Positions 53,004 to 64,000 of a stretch of DNA of 64,000 nt are shown piece by piece. A model generated the notes under the pieces. That model was not told where the DNA came from and did no database searches. It saw only the letters and a program-made list of their open reading frames with translations. The position numbers and the translations under genes were made by a program. The number at the start of each line of letters is the position of its first letter. Within the stretch, counting starts at the first letter, position 1. Source of the stretch: Tubiluchus corallicola (taxonomy: Eukaryota > Animalia > Priapulida); contig JAQGDQ010000294.1 in NCBI GenBank assembly GCA_030141605.1, forward strand, positions 124,001 through 188,000, written 5' to 3'.

Positions 53004-53258
53004 TTAACCATCACAACAACATTCGCTACATTTTCCACAACTTTCTGTTTCACTTTTCGCATGTTTTGCCGTATCATCTAAACTTTCAATGGTGACTGTT
53101 GATGATTTCGCAGCTTCTTCAGTTTGCTTTTTAACTCGTCTACCACGAGGTGGTTTGTGTATTTCATTATTTGGAGTCCAGCTGCCTAGTGAAGAGTCAG
53201 AATAGTAGTCCATAGGATAATTCTCTTGCCAGTCAACAGCTGACCAAGCTACAGATGC
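53004..53258 (-). CDS. DPH1: DPH1 last coding exon
   Basis: ASVAWSAVDWQENYPMDYYSDSSLGSWTPNN...CGKCSECCCDG*; the YPMDYY...WT motif is typical of DPH1. Confidence 0.9.
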   Translation of the reverse strand, partial: ASVAWSAVDWQENYPMDYYSDSSLGSWTPNNEIHKPPRGRRVKKQTEEAAKSSTVTIESLDDTAKHAKSETESCGKCSECCCDG

Positions 53259-53702
53259 CTGAAACAGAATGTGATGAATATGACAGTAATTGTGATGAAT
53301 ATGGTGGTAATTGTGATGACCAATGGTCTATTTCTTAAAAAAATTAATCACATGTGTACAACTGCAACTTTAATTAAATGTAATTCAAGGCGATATAAAA
53401 TTCAAATTTGTGATTACGTGAATTAAAAGCATAACTATTTAAAGTATAAAAGTAAATTAAAATTTGGCGTGTGGGTTTTGATAGATTTGAACAACAAGTC
53501 TGGTGCACAACAGAACAAAATTTCACATATACAGGTTCACTGGCGACACCAGGCAAAATGAACACAATTAGTGACTTTTTTGGGTCAGAAGGTTGTGGCA
53601 TCAGTCACTTAACAATAAAATGCTTATAACCACAGTAAGAAATCACAATCTAATAAAAGCAAAAAAGCAATACTAAATTAGAATGTCTGAACAAAATTTG
53701 CA

Positions 53703-53775
53703 GCTCCTCTGTGATTTGAACCCAGGCCTTCTGCTATCCGGGCAGCTATGCTAGCCACTACCCCACAGTGGATGC
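53703..53775 (-). mobile_element. tRNA-like SINE head or pseudo-tRNA in a DPH1 intron
   Basis: A box TGGGGTAGTGG, anticodon-like arm CTGC-CCGGATA-GCAG, B box GGTTCAAATC, poor acceptor stem. A second decayed copy lies at ~53890-53990. Confidence 0.45.
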
Positions 53776-54128
53776 TATTTTCGGATTTAGGAATTTGCTC
53801 TGTAAGCTATTAGAGCTCTCTCAAGGGGAAATCAGAGTCCACACTCTCGAGACAGTTCAAGATTAATCCAATAGAGAAAATCTGAAGTTACGCACCTCCA
53901 CTGAGCTGCCAGACTTTCTGTTACCCGGACAACTACGCTAGCTAAACAACACAGAGACCCGAAGTATTTCAGACTTGGCAATTTACTGTATAAGCGAGAA
54001 GCATTTCATTGACTAATAATCAAGTATCGGCCATACCAAGTATCTGCATCCATATTACATCAAAACGTTTTAGTGACACAATTAACATCAAAGGTAGAAA
54101 AACGTTGAAATTTAGTGTACATCTTTAC

Positions 54129-54308
54129 CTCATAAGTGGTGAGAAGAGGTTTCGGAAAAGCAGTCCCCCAGTCTATAGATAAACGAGGGCAGGCAATTTG
54201 CACCCAAGCATCAATATCCGGGAAAAGCTGGAGTTTTTCAGGAAAGATCTCAGATAATAACACAACTGTGTGCTCAATTCCTCGTCCCGTTAGTAATCCA
54301 ATAAGAGT
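54129..54308 (-). CDS. DPH1: DPH1 exon
   Basis: ...[44 protein letters not shown], containing the third Fe-S cysteine. Confidence 0.95.
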
Positions 54309-55497
54309 CTAAAAATATGCAATTAAAGTGATTACATTTAGTTAATAGTCTAAATTATAAATTGATAAAAATCGAACAATAAAAATACAATAAAATTTAC
54401 AATATCTAATGTTTAAGCTTAAGCCTGTTTATCCAGGATAGAAAATCTTTTACATAATAGCACACAAAGCCTAAGAGCTACGAAGTTACAGCAATCATAA
54501 CAATGCAGTTTAGTTTATGATAGTTTGTTAGTTCAACATACAAGCTGAACAATATCAAAACTTTTTAAAAGAACCGACTATGTAGATGAGGTGTTTAAAA
54601 AGTGAAAATACTTGTGTAAAAGCACTCCGGGCACGCGGAGAAAGGAAGAAAGAATAAAAAACATGGAAAGTACAGACTAGAAGATAGGTGAGGATAACGA
54701 GAAAAACATACAGAGTTAAAAACAGTCTTGTGATGAAAGATTTTAGATTTAATTGCGCATAAAAGCAAGTATTAAAGAAAGTAATTAAAATATATAAAAT
54801 TTTACGGGGTGATTTTTTTAGTTTTTAATTTAATGTCATGTGTAAGAATTAATTTTTAACCACAAGTGCTACTAACACCAATAGTACAGCATCAGTAAAA
54901 TGATTATCACTGACCACAGGACAGCTGACTAGATGACTAAATGGTCTTCAGCTGCCCATTAATTAACAAATCTTTTTCAAATAATTATTTGTGTTATATC
55001 TGTTTATGTGTGAGTGTGTGTGTGTGTGTGCGTGTGTGTGTGTGCGTGCATGCGTGCGTGCGTGTGTGTGCATTGCGAGATAAAATAAAAATTACGTTAT
55101 ATTATGTTGTTATGTTATGTTATGCTAAATGTTGTTGTTATGTTATGTTATGTTTCGTTATGTTTTATGATATGTCATGTTACGTCATGTTATTTTTTAA
55201 CTTATCAATAAACAGACAAAGAAGCTTATCATTAAATCCATTTTGCAGTTTATTCAACAATAAGAATCTTGAGAAAATTTTGTTTTAAATCTGTTGCAAG
55301 TAAAACTGCTATAATAAAAAAATGCCAAATATTTATGATAGCAAACATAATCAAATACAATACAGTAAGATTATCTAGAGATGCTAACTTCCTGTAAGCT
55401 GGTCACTTGCCCAAGCGCAAAGTTATTATAATCATCAGCTTACGTATAAGAACTTACGTATAACATCAACACATTAATAGAGTGAACACTATCTTAC

Positions 55498-55654
55498 CTG
55501 TAAAACCTTTGGAGAACCTTGCCGTCCTAATGTGCCAAGTATCAGTCCAACTCTCTTTGCTCTTCTGGCTTCTTCAATTGACATTTTACGATTTTTCATC
55601 ATTTTGTTTGTTTCATAATACTCTTGTGTAAACTCCTTGCTATACGGGTCATAC
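55498..55654 (-). CDS. DPH1: DPH1 exon
   Basis: YDPYSKEFTQEYY...GLILGTLGRQGSPKVLQ. Confidence 0.93.
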
Positions 55655-55797
55655 CTGAAAAGTTAAGTTGTCAGTTCTCAGATAACTAGTCTATATAAAA
55701 TAATTGATTACGACAAACACAGAACAATGTGAACTGATTACTACGAAACACAAAAACCAGCAAAGATCAAACAACTTTGAAAAATGCATCATGTACA

Positions 55798-56209
55798 CAA
55801 AGGCATAGCAATGTGGGGTGACAGAGGGCAACCAGTTTTGGGAGAAACAGTGACATTTCTCTAAATGCTGATAGTATTATTGTGAAAACCTGTAGTGTTC
55901 TGTATCTTTCATAATCCCTGCATGTTTTAATGCTGGAGCTGATTGTTTAAGTACTGTCATGTTATGCTCAACTAATGCATAAAAAAGAGTTGCTCTGGTG
56001 CAGTACTGCAAACCAAACTCGAGTGATTCTTAGAAAAAATTCGTTTATCTTTATCCCACCTTGTCAAAAAAGGATAGTCGGGCTCAGGGACGCAAAAAAA
56101 TGCGCCAAATTTGTGCCTTCGCCCGCGAAACAAATGATAAAAACATTAAAAGGATAGGGCGCCAGAAGTTTTTTGCCTCCAGGGGAGACTAACACTTGCT
56201 ATGCCACTA
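55798..56209. mobile_element. hAT-like MITE
   Basis: GGCATAGCAA/TTGCTATGCC TIR core; perfect 8-bp TSD CATGTACA. Confidence 0.8.
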
Positions 56210-56585
56210 CATGTACACATTTAAACATACTGTCACATACTTGCTAACCATAACAAAACACAAATTTGTATCACAAAAAAGCATTAAAATAACATCACCG
56301 GGTGTTTAAGCAATTTAGTTTTGAAAAGCATTGATTAAGTATGGTAAAAAAGGCAGCAAAGGGAATGTATTTAAACACAACACAAATACTCCATGCAATT
56401 TCAAACATTAGGCCCGATCAGTATTATGATTTTTCTAAAGACAATTGCAAAAATAATAAAGTAAAATAATCTAATAGGAAAAGAAGTGAATAGTGTTAGT
56501 AAGTGTCATTGTTTATAATGAGATTCCTTTCATACGTTAATAAAACACTAGAACAAAAATTATAACATGAAATATGATCTACATA

Positions 56586-57441
<856 letters not shown>

Positions 57442-57734
57442 TTAAACTTTATAAAAAAGAATACATAACTGGAATAGTACCAAATGCATTAATTAGTAGA
57501 CAAGAAAGCAAATGTACGTTGACACATTTAATAAGCAAGAACTAAAAGATTCAAGGCACACGTCTCAACATAAAACGATGTGAAGAACATGCAACAAACG
57601 AGTTACAGTGCTCAAGAAAGTGAAGCAGTCCAAATTCTTCAACAGTGAGCACATTTCACAGTACTTCTTCCTTCCTCCCTTCCAAAAGAAAGTTTTAAAT
57701 ACCTACAATAACAATACAAAAGAGGCATACATAC

Positions 57735-57853
57735 ACAAGTGCATCAGCATCACTGATTACAGGTGAAGTGCACCCAAGAACCTCCCCAGGTGACAAAGGT
57801 TTTACTTGAGGTATAAGAATGGTGAAATTGTCAGATAACTCTTGTTTCACCGA
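57735..57853 (-). CDS. DPH1: DPH1 exon
   Basis: [31 protein letters not shown]..., containing the second Fe-S cysteine. Confidence 0.93.
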
Positions 57854-58207
57854 CTAAAACAAAAACATAAGACAGAATAGCTTCAGCACGATAAGACAAG
57901 TTCGCCCAATAAAAGTATAACAGCGCGTTCAGACTAGCGAGTTTTCTGTCGCCAGCTTTCTCTCTGACAGCAAACTTGCACGTATGAACTGCTTTGTGAG
58001 TGACTGTGGGAAAATCATTGCAAACTCTCCGACAGTCGCCATGAGTTGCGCCCAGTGTAAATGTCTCGGTGAGTTACTCTCGGTACTTCTCGTAGTGAAC
58101 AGAGAAAGCAGTGTCGGCTCGCGCTTACTGTTGGAGAGTAACTAGTGGCAAGCTTTGCTCTCTAGCCTGAACGCACCTGCCAGTTACTTGGCGTGAAAAC
58201 TCGCTGA

Positions 58208-58712
58208 TGACTCGTAGATAAAATTAGTGGGGGTGCTGCAAAATTAAAAAGTTGTTTTAAGACTGTGTAAAACAAAACAAACATATGTAATTATAATATG
58301 GTAATTGTAATTTTAAGCAAACAAATTAATTTAAACATAACCTAGAAAAACTCCTAAACGAAAAATATCGTTTTCTTACAAATAGACTAAATTGTCGCAG
58401 TTCAAGAATAAGCCAGAGCACGGCTTTAAAGCACGTGACAACTGCAACACATACTACAGTGACTGACAGTATTCTTTCTACTAAAGCACAGCGTCTTATC
58501 TCAGACATGTACACATGGCTGCTTGCGCATAACAACCAAACACCACCCTGCTTGGGCTAGTGAAGTAAATTGTGCTTCCCTCGCAAGCTCCGGTTACTCA
58601 CAAGTATAAAAAAGAAATAAAGAAAAAAGACTTATTACATTGAATATTATCGATAATAAAGAGTGAAAACAGGGGGAGCTGCAGTACCACAGTACCTCTA
58701 CACGAGCCACCA
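58208..58712. mobile_element. hAT-like non-autonomous element, family E
   Basis: GGGGGTGCTGCA subterminal motifs; inverted homologous copy at 63718-64000. Confidence 0.55.
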
Positions 58713-58877
58713 TTGGCTCCGTAACACAATAAGGGCTAGCTATGCAATTCTGACATTAATTTCTTGGTATGATTACCGCATACTTTATTTACTTTATTCT
58801 ACTTCAAATTACTTTAATCTACTTTATAAATATTGATGATTAAGTATCATAAAACTGCCAAAACAGTATTTGGGTAC

Positions 58878-59032
58878 CTGCAATGTACCAATAAATTGTA
58901 TAGTGCTGACTAAGGCTAGTGTTGAACCATAAGAAAAGTTGTGCTGCAATGTTTGAATAAAATGAAGTGCATCGATCTTGATGTCTACAAATACGTACAG
59001 CATGTTTAGCCCCTGCATTCTGTCTATCGGAA
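58878..59032 (-). CDS. DPH1: DPH1 exon
   Basis: IPIDRMQGLNMLYVFVDIKID...LALVSTIQFIGTLQ; AG/GT bounded and in phase. Confidence 0.93.
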
Positions 59033-59128
59033 CTGTAAACAAACAAACAAACAATTCACTTGGAAATATATTTAATTTCAATTCTATTAGCTTTATATAA
59101 AACAGAATGATTCATTCTAATCGATAAA

Positions 59129-59770
59129 TGTGTGCTTGCAAACCAAAACCATCTATACGTCGGCATAGTTAAAACTACGTTACGATGCTTCAAAGTAAAA
59201 TGCACCAAAAATTTGGTCTAATGTTAATTTTGTGTTTTTTATAAAAACAAACGCTAAATATTCTGGACTTTTATATTCCAGGATCAAATTATCAAGAAAA
59301 TGTCCAAAAAATATTAAAATTTAGATTTTATGACCATGTGCCCATTTCTCTGCCTAGAAACTAGTACTGCAATTGCAAAAAACTTGTATTTTCAAACTCC
59401 GATTGTAGCTCGTGGAAGCAGTCATTTTGCATTGGGCTTTTTCTGTTGACAAGAGCCATCTACTGGATTTAAACATAACATCAATGTGTTCTTGCAAAGT
59501 CCATAGCAACCACACTTTCCTACGGTTGCTAAGTGTTTTGCAGAAACGCGACAAAAAGCAATGGCTAACTTTAACTGATTTTCTCAAGATTATGTTTTTC
59601 AGTGCACAGCCTGCACCTCAACTTCAACGTGGATTATCCCAGCTTAGAAATAACACAGAGTGATGAGCTTGGTATCAAAATAATCGTCATGAAATGGAGA
59701 TTCAGGATATGTGAATAACTAGAAAAACTCAACTTCCGAATTATGGACGATTTTGCTATGCAAGCACACA
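59129..59770. mobile_element. TIR element, family D, in a DPH1 intron
   Basis: TGTGTGCTTGCAAACCAAAACCATCTATA...TATGGACGATTTTGCTATGCAAGCACACA. Confidence 0.72.
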
Positions 59771-60659
59771 AATTATTCTCAACTAACAAATCTGAAATCA
59801 AAATAAAATTTACGTTATTTTCTTACAAATTAAAATTTTCCTACAGTAAAATAATATTATTGTAATGCAAAAGACGTGGAATTTACTGTAAAAATCATTA
59901 GGAATAAATGCTCCACAACATTTGAATGAAATCCAAATGGCACTTGATGGTGTAATTTATTACATTTTTTAATGTGATTTGAATTCTAGTTACAGATTTG
60001 TCAGCTGAGTAAGGTTTAGCGATTAAACTGAAATGTCCTATTTGAAATAAATATACTGAGTTGGCAGCATAGCGTGTGATTTTATCAACAAATTCAAATT
60101 TCATTTCGATCATTTTGCGAGCTCTTGTAATTTGTAAAATTTGTAATTCTGCATAAGCAAGAAATGACTATATCTTTCTCCAAAAATGCTTTGTTGAGGA
60201 ATGGGGATAATCTTATGCTTATTAAAATGCTAAAAAAACCACCTGAAACAGCAAATATGGTTAACGGACACTGCTCTACCGTGCCTTAATGTTTTTCCAA
60301 AACTATATATTTTCAACTGTGCCGTAATATAAAATACGAGAAATTGTGCAAAAGTGAAATGAAAAGAATGAAACAAATGAAACATGGCTACTAAAATAAA
60401 CTTATATTCATTAGGAATTTTAGTTCTACCTCTGACATTAGATTACACACTTGCATTTTAAACAGCAGAATAATAGGTCTTAACATATTTTTAAAAAAAA
60501 GCAATGAGAAAAGGCAAGTGATTGAGAATCAAATGGACAAGTGAAAAAGCATAATAATAAAAAACAAATAAACACATATTCATTAACAAACAAGCTACTG
60601 CATTAACATTATTTGAATGTTTCTACAATGTACAATATTTTCTCATAGGCAGTACTTAC

Positions 60660-60781
60660 TGAGACAGCTATGCCCATAATGAACCATTAAATCACAATCC
60701 AATGCACGAGCTGTGTAATCATCAATACAACAAGCTCCATACGTTACGTCACCCATTATAATGGTGTCTGCATTTGTGAAC
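60660..60781 (-). CDS. DPH1: DPH1 exon
   Basis: [40 protein letters not shown], containing the first Fe-S cysteine motif. Phases join the flanking exons. Confidence 0.95.
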
Positions 60782-61122
60782 CTAAAATATCAAAAAATAT
60801 ATATTTTCAGAAAACAAAAATATTAATTTTTAAAAGCTGTATGGCAAAGATAATAAACTAGTCACAAAAACACTTTTTATTATGCCTAATTACTGGGCCA
60901 AGAAGCTTAAGTTTACAAGCATCAAAAATAGCTTTGGATTTTCCGATGACTTCTTGAACGGTGTTTCTTTTTTACGCAAAACAATTTTTAGAACTATCTG
61001 TATGCCTGTCAACAGTATGGAAATGCAATATATTAGTGTGTACCACGAAAACTCTTAAACATGTAATCAAGAATAATAATAAGTATGTATTGGCTATAGT
61101 ATGTTAAGCAGTAAATGGTGAA

Positions 61123-61647
61123 AGGAAGACGGGATGATTTTCCATATACGACCCCATTTTCAAGTCCGATAAAAGCATATATTTTAACACAATTAATACT
61201 GCAAAAACGTTTCTGATAATTAAATTATAGATTAAAAGCTTAATTAATGGCAGGCGAGTCCAACTATTCATGACATCACAAACAAACGTAATTTTGAGCA
61301 GCAAAAATATTCCATGAGCGTGTTGCACGTGTTTGCGAAAGCGAAAATTGAAGTACAGTGGTACTGTAAGATATTCAGTGTGTTGTAGTACTAAAACTAG
61401 GCAGATTTTAAGATAAAAATACTAATTTACCGATATGCTCATGCATGGCCTGTCGAACATGTGTATTCATCACAAACTGACACATCTGAACTGAGAACAA
61501 AGAACCAGTGGCGTGAAAGTAAAATTACGTTTTTGTTCTAATAATTCTTGTATGAAAATCATTCTAGAAAAACTAGCATGTTGCCTTTCAATATTTTGTA
61601 GTGTAGATTGTTTTGATCTACAGTTTAAGATTGGATAAAATTTTGCT
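61123..61647 (+). mobile_element. Family B MITE in a DPH1 intron
   Basis: AGGAAGACGGGATGAT...TTTTGCT|TTAA. Confidence 0.75.
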
Positions 61648-61732
61648 TTAAAACTATATTTATAATTACACTTAAAAACTTGGGCACAGAAAAACATCTA
61701 AACTACTGATTTTCAAAATCTGAACTTCATAC

Positions 61733-61796
61733 CTTTCAATAATATCTGCAATGACACAGGAAAACATGAGGAGTCCTTCCGGAAACTGGAGAGCAA
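61733..61796 (-). CDS. DPH1: DPH1 (diphthamide biosynthesis 1), internal exon; upstream exons lie beyond the window
   Basis: AG/GT bounded; (V)ALQFPEGLLMFSCVIADIIE(R), a conserved DPH1 motif. Confidence 0.9.
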
Positions 61797-61853
61797 CTGA
61801 AAAAAATTCCACACACTTTCATGACGAAATGACTGTAACTGATCCATCACGCC

Positions 61854-62258
61854 TAGGGTTGCCAGATGAGAAAGTTAGAAATACAAGACACCTTTACAAT
61901 CTCTCTCTATATTGCTATTTATATGAATTTATACATGGCTACACACCCAGACCAATATATTATATAAAAGTAGAGACATGAGTTAAAAATGTAAAGCAAA
62001 TTGCAAACAGGCAGAAAACACGTCAGTTTTGCAAAAACATCTAACAACACTAATCTCCTCGTTACATTTGGGTTATTTTCATCAAGAGAATCTGAGAAAA
62101 GAGAGTGTAATTACTTATAATGTTATAACTAAGAACTATAAGAATGTAGTATAAATGTACCTTTATTGAAAAACTTGAAAATCAAAATTATGGCCAAAGA
62201 TGACAAAATTATCAAATATGGGGCATGTCCCGTATATAAGGGACATCTGGCAACCCTA
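61854..62258. mobile_element. hAT-like MITE
   Basis: TAGGGTTGCCAGATG...CATCTGGCAACCCTA; TSD ATCACGCC/AGCATGCC (6/8). Confidence 0.75.
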
Positions 62259-62415
62259 AGCATGCCTGTGCTCCTGTAAACATGCTTGTAAACTTCCTAT
62301 AAACTTGTTTAAGTTTTCTTTTTATCTCTGACAACCTTTTGGGCAATACGAAAACTGAATTTGGGTTCTACTTTTCACAAACGAATCAGATGTATAATGA
62401 GAGGTAAATGCACTC

Positions 62416-63010
62416 CAATAATACGATAACAGACGACATCTTGCACACAAAAGCACATAATCGTGATGTGGGTGCTAACGACACCTAGTTAACGTTTTTT
62501 GCAATAATAGGATAACAGACGACATCTTGCACACAAAAGCACATAATCGTGATGTGGGTACTAACGACACCTAGTTAACGTTTTTGCAATAATAGGATAA
62601 CAGACGACATCTTGCACACAAAAGCACATAATCGTGATGTGGGTGCTAACGACACCTAGTTAACGTTTTTGCAATAATAGGATAACAGACGACATCTTGT
62701 GTACAAAAGCACATAATCGTGATGTGGGTGCTAACGACACCTAGTTAACGTTTTTACAATAATAGGATAACAGACGACATCTTGCACACAAAAGCACATA
62801 ATCATGATGTGGGTACTAACGACACCTAGTTAACGTTTTTATCAATAATAGGATAACAGACGCCGTCTTGTGTACAAAAGCACATAATCGTGATGTGGGT
62901 ACTAACGACACCTAGTTAACGTTTTTTGCAATAATAGGATAACAGACGACATCTTGCATACAAAAGCACACAATCGTGATGAGGGTGCCAACAACACCTA
63001 GTTAACGTTT
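62416..63010. repeat. 85-86-bp tandem repeat, 7 copies, in a DPH1 intron
   Basis: Units start at 62416, 62502, 62587, 62672, 62757, 62843 and 62929; near-identical. Confidence 0.95.
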
Positions 63011-63717
63011 CTGAAATCTTTTTCGTTTAACCTTTTTAACTTTGTGACACATTAAGGCCAATCAGATATCAGAAGCCAATTTCAGGTACAGTCTAATAAT
63101 ACGACCTAATTCACATGTTCATACTGACACGTATACGATTATAGCTCTTTCTTCTCTCATAATTCTGGTGAACCCATTAATTGCCATTTTTTGTTATCCA
63201 GGATGCCAGTTTAGTCATCAAATTGCACGTTTTATTAATTTTGATTACATTATCTTACTCTTGTAAATTAACGCAATAATCTCCTATTTGTGCTGTAGAT
63301 CAGAAATCGATTAGGCGATTGGAAACACATATTTTTATTAAGCTGCTGTAATTTGCTATTTTCATTTATTAATCTGTTGATTATTTTTCTATTGTTTGCT
63401 TCTCTTTATTGTTGAATCACATCTCTATACTGAATAAATTAATTTCAGGTTTTTCGCACCAGGTAGCGCCAGGGTTAAAGTTTTCTGTAGGATATTTTAC
63501 CTAGGCACATCCACACATGAAAATAACATTAGCTAACCTAAGATACTGCGAAATTCTGTTACCTTTTGTAGAATTTGTACTTAGTATCCGCCAAATGGTT
63601 TTGTGTACTTCAAAATTGTAGTTTGAAGGCAACTAAAAAGAAAATAATAATTGCAACACGGTGAATGTACTATTGTAAAACAGAAAACCAAGAATATTAC
63701 ATGAAACTACTTATAAA

Positions 63718-64000
63718 CAGTGACGGCTTGTGTATAGGTACAGTGAAACCGCAGCACCCCTAACTTTCACTCAGTATTATCGATAATATTCAATATAATA
63801 AGTCCTTTTTCTTTGGCTCTTCCTTTATGCTTGTACGTAACCAGAGGACGTGAGGGTAGTAATGTTTGCTTCACAGCCCAGCGAAGAGGTGTGTTTGGCT
63901 GTTGTGTGCATGCGGCCAAGAGCATGCAGGGAAGCGGCCATGTGTACATGTCTGAGATAACACACTGTATGTTGCACTGGTTGCACTGCTAGCGGCTGCT
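63718..64000. mobile_element. Family E copy (runs off the window edge)
   Basis: Reverse complement of ~58490-58712. Confidence 0.55.

Noticed and set aside
53703-53775. Functional tRNA gene
   Set aside because: Acceptor stem pairs poorly and the anticodon loop lacks U33; treated as a SINE head or pseudo-tRNA.
62416-63010. CRISPR, snoRNA or ribozyme array
   Set aside because: The whole unit is repeated with no spacers; no C/D boxes or hammerhead core were seen.

Overview
AT-rich, intron-containing metazoan (probably invertebrate) genomic DNA, dense in non-autonomous DNA transposons, LINE/SINE relics and tandem repeats; there are no prokaryotic features. Well-supported genes are (i) a head-to-tail array of four two-exon METTL7/TMT1-like thiol methyltransferase paralogues on + (28230-46589), all split by a phase-0 intron at VL(K/R)P|(G/E)GKF, and (ii) eight exons of DPH1 on - (53004-61796; the 5' exons lie beyond the window). 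The first METTL7 paralogue has an intact reading frame but has lost the SAM-binding glycine motif and the acidic post-I residue, so it is a candidate pseudo-methyltransferase. The left 17 kb appears to hide a heavily decayed or highly divergent SLC26/SulP anion transporter gene on -, including micro-exons and STAS-like fragments that the ORF track misses. Two foldback structures carry degenerate minimal hammerhead-ribozyme cores of the Penelope-like type; one of them encloses a 1.75 kb array of a 21-bp palindromic, heat-shock-element-like minisatellite. Two TTAA-targeting AGG-terminal (Kolobok/T2-type) MITE families have about 7 copies each. All family assignments are by eye and were not confirmed by database search.
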